Part shown: positions 27,193 to 35,553 of the stretch, piece after piece
Layout of the letters: every line of letters starts with the position of its first letter
Numbering within the stretch: the stretch's first letter is position 1
Source of the DNA: Minisyncoccia bacterium
GTDB lineage: Bacteria; Patescibacteriota; Minisyncoccia; Phycocordibacterales; CALRBL01
Length of the DNA: 35,553 bases
Direction of reading: 5' to 3'
Assembly (NCBI GenBank): GCA_038227435.1
Contig: JBBRPW010000002.1
Coordinates: 1-35,553, forward strand
The notes under the pieces: generated by a model
Seen by the model: the letters and a program-made list of their open reading frames with translations, nothing else
Databases searched by the model: none
Told to the model about the DNA's origin: nothing
Program-made: the position numbers and the translations under genes

Positions 27193-28992
27193 TTATTGGT
27201 TGAATGTATTGAAGATTGGCCAGATACGCTGTTGTTCGATGGATGATTCGGTAATGTTAGTAAATCGGTTATACGGTTCTAAAATTCCTCCGGTATACAC
27301 TCCTTTCATTTCTTTCGGTATCACGTATACATATGACGGTGAGAATAAGAAGATTGTTGGAAGTTCGGAAGTAATAGAATCGTTAACGATTCTGAAATCA
27401 TTTTGGAGAATAGTTCTATCTGTTGTTGTTGCTTTTCGAATCCGTTCAAGGGCTGCATCAACATTTTTATTACTATATCCACTAATATTTACCCCTGGGT
27501 CTTTTCGTTCCGAAGAATGCCAGAAAGGATAGAGATCGAGACTACGTGGAATTACTAAACCGAAAAGTAATGCGTCGAAATTTCTATTCTTAATTACTTT
27601 TTGATTTAATTCTTCACCTTCGTATGTCTGTAACTTAACGTCGATCCCTAATGCTTTCCATGATTCTTGAATTATTTTTCCTGCTCGTTCAAGTTCGGTA
27701 CCTGAAACAGTGCTTAAGGTAATACTAATTTGTGACGGAACTTTTTCAGAACTTTTCTTTTCAGTTAATTTACCCTCATCATTTAATACGTATCCTGCTT
27801 CAGTTAATAAATTTTTTGCAGCCTCTACATTATATGAACCAAGTGTTGGTGCGGTTGTTGAAGCAGTGGTACTTCCTACAAAACTAGCTATCGGAATAAG
27901 TGGATTAAATGCTGAAGAGAAAGGTCCCGTCTCGATATTTCCAAAACTAAATAATGCATTATCAATTAAATCTTGTCGTCTAATTGATAATGAAAGGGCC
28001 TGTTTAAACTTTACGTTTGAAAGTGCCACTTTAAGCTGAGGAGAGAGTGAGGCGTTTCCTTGTCCAAAGAATACACCAAAAAGGCGCGGTTGTGAAAGGG
28101 GGATAAGCACACCATTTTTCCCCTCAATAATACTCCTATTTTGAAGAGCTATTTCAGGGCTAAGACCTTGCATGCTATCGATTTTACCTTCGGTATATGC
28201 CCGAAGCATTTCATCTTCCGTTTTATAAAATGTAAATACAATTTCACTAATGTATGGTTCTCCGCCAATTGCTTTCTTAAATGCTTTTATATGATATTCC
28301 GATGGAAGCCCATTTGTATCGCGAATAATTGAATCAAATTTATATGGGCCAGAACCGATTGGTTCAAGATTGTAAATACTTAACGTAAATTCATCAGTGT
28401 CGGCATTATTCCAAATATGTTTTGGTAAAATACCAAGCGTTAAGTTGTAGATAAAAGGATAAAAGGGCTCCTTCAGTGTAAACACAACTGTTTGAGGATT
28501 TGGAGTTTGAACATCAACTCCTTGCCACTTCACTCCTTCTGGACTTTTAATGCTATTGTCCTTCGCAGTTAAAATAGTATAAGCCACATCTTCTGAAGTA
28601 ACTGGTTTTCCATCATGGAAGACTGCATTTTTTCGAATTGTCACTGTATATGTTTTTCCATCGGCCGACGTATCAATTTTTTCTGCTAAATCAGGAACAA
28701 TTTTTCCATTTGAATCTATTCGAACCAGTCCTGAATAAATAAGAGCACCTATATCTTTTCCGGTATCTGTTACTGCAAGGAGTGGATTTATAAAACGTGG
28801 GTAGCCAACAACACCTTCACGTAAAATTCCGCCATGCTTTGGTACTTCAACAGTAAATGCCTGAGCGCTGAACCATGTAAGAGTAAGAGCACTAACTGTA
28901 AGCACTACTGCAGCAATCCAAAAAACCGCTTTTTCAAGTGGGCCGAATTTTCGATATAAATTGTTAAATGCATTAGAGAATCGATGCTTCAT
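27193..28992 (-). CDS. ABC transporter substrate-binding protein, family 5 (OppA-like)
   Basis: INPLL, IYSGLV, PDLAE, FHDGKPVTSEDVAYT, PIGSGPYK, DLYPFWHSS. Confidence 0.92.
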   Translation of the reverse strand: MKHRFSNAFNNLYRKFGPLEKAVFWIAAVVLTVSALTLTWFSAQAFTVEVPKHGGILREGVVGYPRFINPLLAVTDTGKDIGALIYSGLVRIDSNGKIVPDLAEKIDTSADGKTYTVTIRKNAVFHDGKPVTSEDVAYTILTAKDNSIKSPEGVKWQGVDVQTPNPQTVVFTLKEPFYPFIYNLTLGILPKHIWNNADTDEFTLSIYNLEPIGSGPYKFDSIIRDTNGLPSEYHIKAFKKAIGGEPYISEIVFTFYKTEDEMLRAYTEGKIDSMQGLSPEIALQNRSIIEGKNGVLIPLSQPRLFGVFFGQGNASLSPQLKVALSNVKFKQALSLSIRRQDLIDNALFSFGNIETGPFSSAFNPLIPIASFVGSTTASTTAPTLGSYNVEAAKNLLTEAGYVLNDEGKLTEKKSSEKVPSQISITLSTVSGTELERAGKIIQESWKALGIDVKLQTYEGEELNQKVIKNRNFDALLFGLVIPRSLDLYPFWHSSERKDPGVNISGYSNKNVDAALERIRKATTTDRTILQNDFRIVNDSITSELPTIFLFSPSYVYVIPKEMKGVYTGGILEPYNRFTNITESSIEQQRIWPIFNTFNQ

Positions 28993-29052
28993 GGTGCGAG
29001 AAGGGCCAAGCCCTCAAAATTAGAATATATTATATATAGAACGAGCTTAGTA

Positions 29053-29292
29053 TTAAGCAACGAGCGTAAGAATGGTAGTAGCGATAAATAAAATCGATAT
29101 AACAATAGTAAAACTGAAGAGGAATTTATCAAACCCTCGACGTGTATTGTAAGTAGATCCTAAATCCGCACCTCCAAAAGTGCTTCCTAAACTGGCTTCA
29201 GAACGCTGTAAAACAACGCCTAAAATCATAAGAACGGCTAAAATAATCTCTATATATGGGAGAAACCTTGATAATGATGTGACGAATGTCAT
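29053..29292 (-). CDS. secG: Preprotein translocase subunit SecG
   Basis: VVLQRSEASLGSTFGG...TRRGFDKFL, two TM segments. Start reassigned to ATG 29292, downstream of TTGACT/TATTAT. Confidence 0.9.
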   Translation of the reverse strand: MTFVTSLSRFLPYIEIILAVLMILGVVLQRSEASLGSTFGGADLGSTYNTRRGFDKFLFSFTIVISILFIATTILTLVA

Positions 29293-29403
29293 TTCCACAA
29301 TAATAGCCAAGATTTCGTGGAAGTCAATCTAACCTTGTAGAAGAATTAATAATGTAAAAAAGCGTTTTATTGTTTTTGTAGCCATTTAATCTATACTACT
29401 CAT

Positions 29404-30033
29404 ATGCAAAAAGGATTAATTATCACATTGGTTATTATTGTTATTTTAGGATTATTCGCTGCAAGTTCATACAATGGACTCTTAGCCAAGAGTCAGGCGG
29501 TAGACGCTTCATGGGGAGCTGTGCAAACTGATTATCAACGTCGATCAGATCTTGTTCCAAACCTTGTAAGTACCGTAAAAGGTGCTGCTGGTTTTGAACA
29601 ACAAACATTAGTGGCAGTTGTTGATGCTCGTGCAAAAGCAACGAGTGTAAACTTTAATGCATCAGATGCGACTCCTGAAAATATTGCTAAGTTTCAAGCA
29701 GCACAAGGGCAATTATCAGGAGCACTTAGTAGATTGTTAGTTGTTTCTGAAAATTACCCACAACTAAGAGCAACAGAGGCGTTTGCTAACTTACAATCTC
29801 AACTTGAAGGAACAGAAAATCGAATTGCAACTTCAAGAAAAGATTTTAACAACACAGTACAACCTTACAACATTGCAGTTAAAGGATTTCCAGGAATAAT
29901 TTTCGCAAAAATATTTGGATTTCAAGAACGAGGATATTTCGCAGCAGACGCAGCCGCACAAACTGTACCTAAAGTAGATTTCGGAACAGGAGTTCAAGGA
30001 GGAACACAACAAAAACCAGTTTTGGTTCAGTAA
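29404..30033 (+). CDS. lemA: LemA family protein
   Basis: YQRRSDLVPNLVSTVKG, ENYPQLRA, LEGTENRI, FPGIIFA. Confidence 0.95.
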   Translation: MQKGLIITLVIIVILGLFAASSYNGLLAKSQAVDASWGAVQTDYQRRSDLVPNLVSTVKGAAGFEQQTLVAVVDARAKATSVNFNASDATPENIAKFQAAQGQLSGALSRLLVVSENYPQLRATEAFANLQSQLEGTENRIATSRKDFNNTVQPYNIAVKGFPGIIFAKIFGFQERGYFAADAAAQTVPKVDFGTGVQGGTQQKPVLVQ

Positions 30034-30049
30034 TTAATTAACGTAAGGA

Positions 30050-31024
30050 ATGAAATATAAAATTCCTCGAATAGTGACTACACTTTTCTCTATTTTTTTG
30101 GGAATTTTGTTATTGCTTTCTGGAATTTTTCCTTCTTTAACTCAAGTTGCGAATGCGGCTGACTTTGTAATTCCGGATTCGGCTCCTAAATATGTAAATG
30201 ATTTTGCCGGAATTATGAGTCCGAGTGGCGTTGAAGACCTCAATATAGAATTACATGATTATGACCTAAAAAATGGTATTCAAATTGTTGTGGCAACATT
30301 TCCTTCACTTAATGGCAATGAAATTTCATCTTTAGCAACAGAAACATTTAGAAAATGGGGAATTGGACATGGGAAAAAACCTGACGGCACTGCATTAAAC
30401 AACGGTGTATTATTTTTAATTGCTCCTAATGAAAGGGTAGCTTTCATTAGTGTTGGATACGGACTAGAAGGAGTATTAACTGACCTCCAATCATCATCTA
30501 TTGTTCGAAATATTTCTATTCCAGAATTTAAAAATAATAATTATGAAGGGGGAATTGTGGCCGGCACGCAAGCAATTGAAAAACTAGTAATAGGTGAAGC
30601 TGTCTCAGGTTTAGAAGATACATCATATAGTTCTAGGAGTGCTAATCGTCTTTTTGGGAGAAATATCCAAATTCTTTTCTTTTTTGGATTGTTCCTGCTT
30701 CAGATTTTGAGTTCAATATTAGGAAGTACAAAATCATGGTGGTTAGGAGGGGTGCTTGGAGGAGTAGCCGGAATAATTGTGGGAATATTTTTCGGTTTTT
30801 TCTTTGTTGGAATTATTTCTATCGTTGGTTTGGCATTGCTCGGTTTATTGTTTGATTACATTGTTTCGAAAAATTATCGAAAAGGAGGCCGAGGTGGAGG
30901 TGGAATGCCTTGGTTTATAGGAGGTGGTGGAGATTCAGGCGGTTCTAACGGAGGAGGATGGGGAGGTGGATTTTCAGGTGGAGGCGGATCATCGGGCGGA
31001 GGTGGTGGAGGTGGAAGTTGGTAA
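30050..31024 (+). CDS. TPM-domain protein (YgcG family)
   Basis: YVNDFAG, WGIG, NNGVLFLIAPNER, VGYGLEGVLTD; Gly-rich tail ending GGGGGGGSW; follows lemA. Confidence 0.92.
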   Translation: MKYKIPRIVTTLFSIFLGILLLLSGIFPSLTQVANAADFVIPDSAPKYVNDFAGIMSPSGVEDLNIELHDYDLKNGIQIVVATFPSLNGNEISSLATETFRKWGIGHGKKPDGTALNNGVLFLIAPNERVAFISVGYGLEGVLTDLQSSSIVRNISIPEFKNNNYEGGIVAGTQAIEKLVIGEAVSGLEDTSYSSRSANRLFGRNIQILFFFGLFLLQILSSILGSTKSWWLGGVLGGVAGIIVGIFFGFFFVGIISIVGLALLGLLFDYIVSKNYRKGGRGGGGMPWFIGGGGDSGGSNGGGWGGGFSGGGGSSGGGGGGGSW

Positions 31025-31099
31025 TTACTATTTCTTAGACACGGAGACTAAGCAAAAACCTGTGGAGATGTTGGGTGTTGTCTGTGGTATAATTTTTAT

Positions 31100-31621
31100 A
31101 TGAATCACGAAGATCCAATGAAAGAAACACGGGCGCACTTTGGAAAACATGAAGGTGCTGGAGAGAACAATGGAAAACTTCTTGATACGCTAGATAAGAT
31201 TCACGACTCCTTAGGATCACCTGAAGCTGAGAAAAAAGACGAAGCTCTAATTGCGTTCTCTAAGGTAATGGTCGAGCAAAAAGATTTTGCTCTTACAATT
31301 ATTTATGCAGATGAACAAACAAGAAAAAGTAAGGAATTTACCGATCTCTTATCTGATCCTGTTTTTAGCCGAATGCTTGACCTATATCCAATAATTAACA
31401 GCTCCGTATTTGACGATCCAATGTTTCATCCTGGTAGAAATATGAGCGATGACGTAGAGCTTGTTGCCGATTTAAATCAATCATCGGGCGCAGAGGCCTT
31501 GGCAAGAATTACTGAACATGAAAATGCATTAAATACATATAGCCGAATGCTTACTGCATATGGCGTGTTCGGAGAAGTGGGATTAGGCGAGGCTTCAGTT
31601 TCTAAACAGGACCTGAAATAG
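31100..31621 (+). CDS. Hypothetical acidic protein
   Basis: 173-aa ORF with an extended -10 box 6 nt before ATG. Confidence 0.7.
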   Translation: MNHEDPMKETRAHFGKHEGAGENNGKLLDTLDKIHDSLGSPEAEKKDEALIAFSKVMVEQKDFALTIIYADEQTRKSKEFTDLLSDPVFSRMLDLYPIINSSVFDDPMFHPGRNMSDDVELVADLNQSSGAEALARITEHENALNTYSRMLTAYGVFGEVGLGEASVSKQDLK

Positions 31622-31741
31622 CAATATTCTCTTTTTTATTTTTCAAATAAAATTGCAATAACAGGAAGGGTGTGAATTTTTGTATTGCTATCACTAAAAT
31701 AATAACCATTGCTTTCTGCGGATAAGTGCTATGCTATTAGT

Positions 31742-32407
31742 ATGAAAAACAAACAACGTGGATCAACGGGCATCATAATTGCCATTATTGTCGCAGTTAT
31801 ATTAATTGGGGCAGGTTTTTACTTCGCAAATCGAAATAGTAGTGAAGTAGGTACAAATGAGTACAACAACACACCAGGTACAACAAGTAATACTAATACA
31901 GGCGGAAATACAGGAGGAACATACAACTCAAATACAGGCGGAAATACTGGATCAACTGGAAATACAAATACTGGTGGAACTATAAAAGGTGGAACAGGAA
32001 GTACAACAGTTGCAGCAACAACAACGATCGACGTATCAGGAACTTGGAAAACATATACCGACCGAAATAATCTATTCACAGTAGATTATCCAGGAGTTTG
32101 GGCTGCACCAAAAACAGTAACATTGGGAGATCAATATGTTGTTGATTTTGGAAATACAGTAAAAGTTTCTACTGGAACATATTACGGACAATCAATTGAT
32201 AAAAACATGACATTGGCGCAGCTTGTAGAAAATGTGAAAGTAAAATCAACTATAACAGTAAGTAATCGGTCAGGATTCCGAGTAGGAAATACCGTATATC
32301 TTCCACTTAAAGTTAATGATCCAACTCAAATCATGAGTATCACACGAGGTAATTTAGACGAAGCAACATTTATTAAGCTTCTAGCAACAGTAAAGATTAA
32401 GCAATAA
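31742..32407 (+). CDS. Surface/exported protein: prepilin-like leader, Gly/Asn/Thr linker, PsbP-like C-terminal domain
   Basis: MKNKQRG-STGIIIAIIVAVILIG, NTGG repeats, WKTYTD...FTVDYP. Start reassigned to ATG 31742. Confidence 0.7.
   Translation: MKNKQRGSTGIIIAIIVAVILIGAGFYFANRNSSEVGTNEYNNTPGTTSNTNTGGNTGGTYNSNTGGNTGSTGNTNTGGTIKGGTGSTTVAATTTIDVSGTWKTYTDRNNLFTVDYPGVWAAPKTVTLGDQYVVDFGNTVKVSTGTYYGQSIDKNMTLAQLVENVKVKSTITVSNRSGFRVGNTVYLPLKVNDPTQIMSITRGNLDEATFIKLLATVKIKQ
31895..31947 (+). repeat. 17-bp direct repeat encoding NTGGNT units
   Basis: AATACAGGCGGAAATAC at 31895-31911 and 31931-31947 (36-bp period). Confidence 0.8.
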
Positions 32408-32460
32408 TAAACTTGCGATAAAGATTACGTAAAGTAATCATTAAGTATTTTTGCAAAATA

Positions 32461-32489
32461 AAAAACTGTCTCACTTGAGGCAGTTTTTT
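32461..32489. terminator. Bidirectional terminator between convergent genes
   Basis: AAAAACTGTCTC-actt-GAGGCAGTTTTT. Confidence 0.8.
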
Positions 32490-32513
32490 GTTTTCAATAA
32501 AATGCTCAGGTCC

Positions 32514-32795
32514 TTAAGACTTAAGGAATTTTTTTCTTTGCTCTGTATATTTCCACCAAGGTTTTGCAGGTGCACCATTCATAAAGTCGATTGCAGCCAA
32601 AAAAGTATCAATCACACATGGATCGTGTATAAAGCCTGTAATTTTGCATAATTTTCTATGAAGACTGTATCCATTTTTATTTTTTAATTGGAGCGGGGTT
32701 TTAATTCCAAGTAATTCAAAATCTTTTACCATGGCTGGGCCTATATTGGGGATATCAGTAAATTTTTTAACTGCATCTGCATGTTTTGCTTTCAT
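32514..32795 (-). CDS. Cdd1-like helix-hairpin-helix protein
   Basis: DIPNIGPAM HhH, HDPCVIDTF, PWWKYT. Confidence 0.82.
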   Translation of the reverse strand: MKAKHADAVKKFTDIPNIGPAMVKDFELLGIKTPLQLKNKNGYSLHRKLCKITGFIHDPCVIDTFLAAIDFMNGAPAKPWWKYTEQRKKFLKS

Positions 32796-32842
32796 CTAAT
32801 AATTATATGACAGATATCACTATGTAGTACAATGGTTTTCTA

Positions 32843-34564
32843 ATGATTCGCGCAACTCATATTGGAAAAACGTACGAGGGGCACATAGTCTTTTTAGACA
32901 TGTCTTTTACCATTGAACAAACCGATAAAATTGCTTTGGTGGGTGAAAACGGAATGGGTAAAACAACATTACTCAAAATGATTGCTGGGTTGGAAGAAAC
33001 TGATACAGGCGAAGTAAGCATTACAAAAGGAAAAATAGTTGTCTATATTCCGCAAGATATTGGAACATTGGGAAATGATGACGAAAATGAAACCGTCCTT
33101 ACCTACATAGAGCGAATGTGTAAAGAATATAATATTGAAATTCATAAAGCAGTTAAGGCACTCGATATATTTGGTTTGTCGAAAGAGATTCAAAATAAAA
33201 CATTAAAAAATATAAGCAGTGGTCAAAAAACAAAAGTGGCTCTTTCAATATTGATGGTACAAAACCCCGATATTATTTTGCTTGATGAGCCAACAAATAA
33301 TTTAGACCTTAATTCTGTATATGTACTTGAAGATTTTTTGAAAAAAACAAATGCGGCTATTTTAGTGATTTCGCATGATCGGCAATTTGTAGACAATATT
33401 ACAAATAAAGTATTTGAGCTCGCATATGAACATGAAAAAGCAAAAGAAGATGAATTACCAAAGCTTACAATTGTTGGAGGGAGCTATACCTCATATATAG
33501 AGCAAAAAGAAAAAGCTCGAATTACCGAGGCGACGTTGTTTAAAAACCAAGAAGCAGAAATTGAGAGACTCGAAGAAAGTGCAAATAAATTAAAAATAAA
33601 AGCGGCAAAAGGTGCTAAATGGGTTGGAACTGATAATGACAAATTTTTGATGGGATATAACCGTGAACACGCTGAAGGCTCGGCACGTAAAGGTAAAAAA
33701 ATTGGAAAACAAATTGAGATGATGGATAAAGTTGATCGACCAGAAAGTCAGAAGGAATTTGTGATCGATGTTGACGTTTCAAAGGAGTCAGGTTCACTCG
33801 ATATTGTAGTGAGAGATTTAATGGTGGGATACGGAGAAGAAAAAATACAGCAAAATTATACCGAAGAAGAAAAACAAAAGAATAACACTAAAGCGTCTGA
33901 GAGTAATCATTTTACAATTGGTCCAATTACTCTCGATATAAGATTCAGGGACCGCATGTTATTTATTGGAGAAAATGGAAGCGGCAAGTCTACTTTTTTA
34001 AAAACAATTACTGGACGAATTCAACCACTCGAAGGCGAACTGTTAATTGGATCAGGAATTCGATTTGGAAATTTAATGCAAGAGCATGAAAATGTACCTA
34101 AAGAAATTACATTACTTGCACACATGCTGAGTCAGGTAAGCATAACAAATAACATGGGCGATACCGGTGTTACAACCGATCAGTCAATTTCTGAAAGCTA
34201 TAACACCCTTCAAAAATTTGGATTTAATGAAATTCAAATTAAACAAAATATTTCCACACTAAGCCCGGGGGAGCGTGCTCGATTAGTACTTGCATCATTT
34301 TCATTTCAAAAAATTAATACACTTGTGCTTGATGAACCCACAAACCATTTAGATTTTGAAGCATTAAGTGCACTTCAAAAAACAATCGATCAGTTTACAG
34401 GAACAATTATTGCGGTGTCTCACGATCGCTTCTTTTTACAAAAACTAGGAGCGACTGGAATTTATGTATTTGAAGTAGGAGATGTTAAAAAAGTTAAAAG
34501 CTTAGACGGCTACCTAAAGGATGCTAAAAGTAAATCGAGAAAGTTACTGAAGTTTTTGATATAA
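32843..34564 (+). CDS. ABC-F family ribosome-associated ATPase
   Basis: Two NBDs (GENGMGKTT / GENGSGKST, LLDEPTNNLD / VLDEPTNHLD, SHDR twice), no TM segments. Confidence 0.93.
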   Translation: MIRATHIGKTYEGHIVFLDMSFTIEQTDKIALVGENGMGKTTLLKMIAGLEETDTGEVSITKGKIVVYIPQDIGTLGNDDENETVLTYIERMCKEYNIEIHKAVKALDIFGLSKEIQNKTLKNISSGQKTKVALSILMVQNPDIILLDEPTNNLDLNSVYVLEDFLKKTNAAILVISHDRQFVDNITNKVFELAYEHEKAKEDELPKLTIVGGSYTSYIEQKEKARITEATLFKNQEAEIERLEESANKLKIKAAKGAKWVGTDNDKFLMGYNREHAEGSARKGKKIGKQIEMMDKVDRPESQKEFVIDVDVSKESGSLDIVVRDLMVGYGEEKIQQNYTEEEKQKNNTKASESNHFTIGPITLDIRFRDRMLFIGENGSGKSTFLKTITGRIQPLEGELLIGSGIRFGNLMQEHENVPKEITLLAHMLSQVSITNNMGDTGVTTDQSISESYNTLQKFGFNEIQIKQNISTLSPGERARLVLASFSFQKINTLVLDEPTNHLDFEALSALQKTIDQFTGTIIAVSHDRFFLQKLGATGIYVFEVGDVKKVKSLDGYLKDAKSKSRKLLKFLI

Positions 34565-34565
34565 A

Positions 34566-35144
34566 TTATTTTAAATCATCAGCAACCTTTTTTTCTCCTA
34601 AAATTGATGCCATTATAAATGCATCTTTGTAGTCTTTGAATGAATCAACATACGAAACAATTTGTTGTAACCTTTTAGGTCGAACAATTTTTGTAATTAG
34701 TATTTGAGCTGCATGAATTGGCACGTGATTTGTACAAACTGGAGCCATTGAAAAATCAGACTTTGAAAATATTTTTTTTATTTGTTTTTGTTGTTTTAGC
34801 CATTTTTTATCAATTGTTTTTATATTTTGGGAATAAATAACATGAATTAATTCATGTAGTAGATTATCAACCATCACTTCAATATTTTCGAGTCGAATTG
34901 AGAGCGGATCTGAAAAGGTTGCTCTACTATTTAACCAACAATCCATTTTTTTATTTTTAAATGTATATCCTGTTATTTTTTCAATTGCATTAAAGATTCT
35001 CTTCTCTTCTTTTTTCCACACAAGTTCAAATCTATCAATAATTTTAAAGGCCTCTTTTCGAGAAAGAGTTTCATCTTTTTTAAAGTAGTTAAAACCCTTT
35101 AGTCTAGATTCATATATTCCGCTGTATTTAAAATTTATATTCAT
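34566..35144 (-). CDS. Hypothetical protein with HExxH motif
   Basis: 192 aa, LLHELIH and downstream NHVPIH. Confidence 0.7.
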   Translation of the reverse strand: MNINFKYSGIYESRLKGFNYFKKDETLSRKEAFKIIDRFELVWKKEEKRIFNAIEKITGYTFKNKKMDCWLNSRATFSDPLSIRLENIEVMVDNLLHELIHVIYSQNIKTIDKKWLKQQKQIKKIFSKSDFSMAPVCTNHVPIHAAQILITKIVRPKRLQQIVSYVDSFKDYKDAFIMASILGEKKVADDLK

Positions 35145-35250
35145 TTTGATTGAAAAGAGGGAAGGGCGCTAACCATAGTAAGCATATAATGCACTTTCAG
35201 TGTGTCAAAATATTTATTCGCATAATTTTTTTGCTACAATTATTCAATAA

Positions 35251-35553
35251 ATGAAACTCCACATATATAAAGTAAAAGAGGGAAAATTACAAAAGCTAAA
35301 AGAATGGTCTACTTATCTTAAATCACAAGAAAAAGAAGTTGTAGAAACTCTTAAGGAAGAGGTAGTTGATTTTGAATTTCTATATTATTTCACCGATAAC
35401 GGATCAACATATGTTTTGGGCGGAATGTCGGGTATTTCAAAACCTTCAAATCAAGAAAAGGAAATAAATGTAAAACATCGCGCCACTCTAAAAGAATGTT
35501 TGGAACACGTAGGTTTCGCGGAGGAGGGATATTTTTTTAAGACGTTTGAGTCG
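35251..35553 (+). CDS. Partial CDS running off the window, possibly DUF6176-like
   Basis: Hand translation MKLHIYKVKEGKLQKLKEWSTYLKSQEKEVVETLKEEVVDFEF...INVKHRATLKECLE...; open to the end; TACAAT at 35235-35240. Confidence 0.65.
   Translation, partial: MKLHIYKVKEGKLQKLKEWSTYLKSQEKEVVETLKEEVVDFEFLYYFTDNGSTYVLGGMSGISKPSNQEKEINVKHRATLKECLEHVGFAEEGYFFKTFES

Noticed and set aside
30884-31024. GGA/GGT-rich repeat tract
   Set aside because: Normal Gly-rich C-terminus of TPM/YgcG proteins.

Overview
AT-rich chromosomal window (standard code 11), most likely from a Patescibacteria/CPR (Parcubacteria-like) bacterium. This is inferred from the divergent, helix-trimmed 16S and the gene repertoire. It opens with the 3' part of a 16S rRNA gene that is not followed by 23S, carries a long AT-rich hairpin insert, and lacks the canonical anti-Shine-Dalgarno tail. 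Next come GC-rich orphan genes, tRNA-Ile(GAT), a DUF2157/DUF2157/GDYXXLXY membrane operon, pyk, radC and rsmI. A codon-atypical DUF4238 + PD-(D/E)XK-like cassette (candidate defence system) precedes a LexA/UmuD-like repressor + Y-family polymerase operon and a two-component system. The rest holds a class I ribonucleotide reductase with a class Ic-type beta subunit, RNase J, OppA, secG, lemA/TPM and an ABC-F. Main leads: (1) the polymerase C-terminal tail mimics the LexA cleavage-site strand of its partner; (2) anti-SD loss alongside nine genes with a -10 box exactly 6 nt before ATG (leaderless); (3) the DUF4238-nuclease cassette; (4) a class Ic RNR with a very long C-terminal tether. All family calls come from motif recognition by eye, with no database searches.
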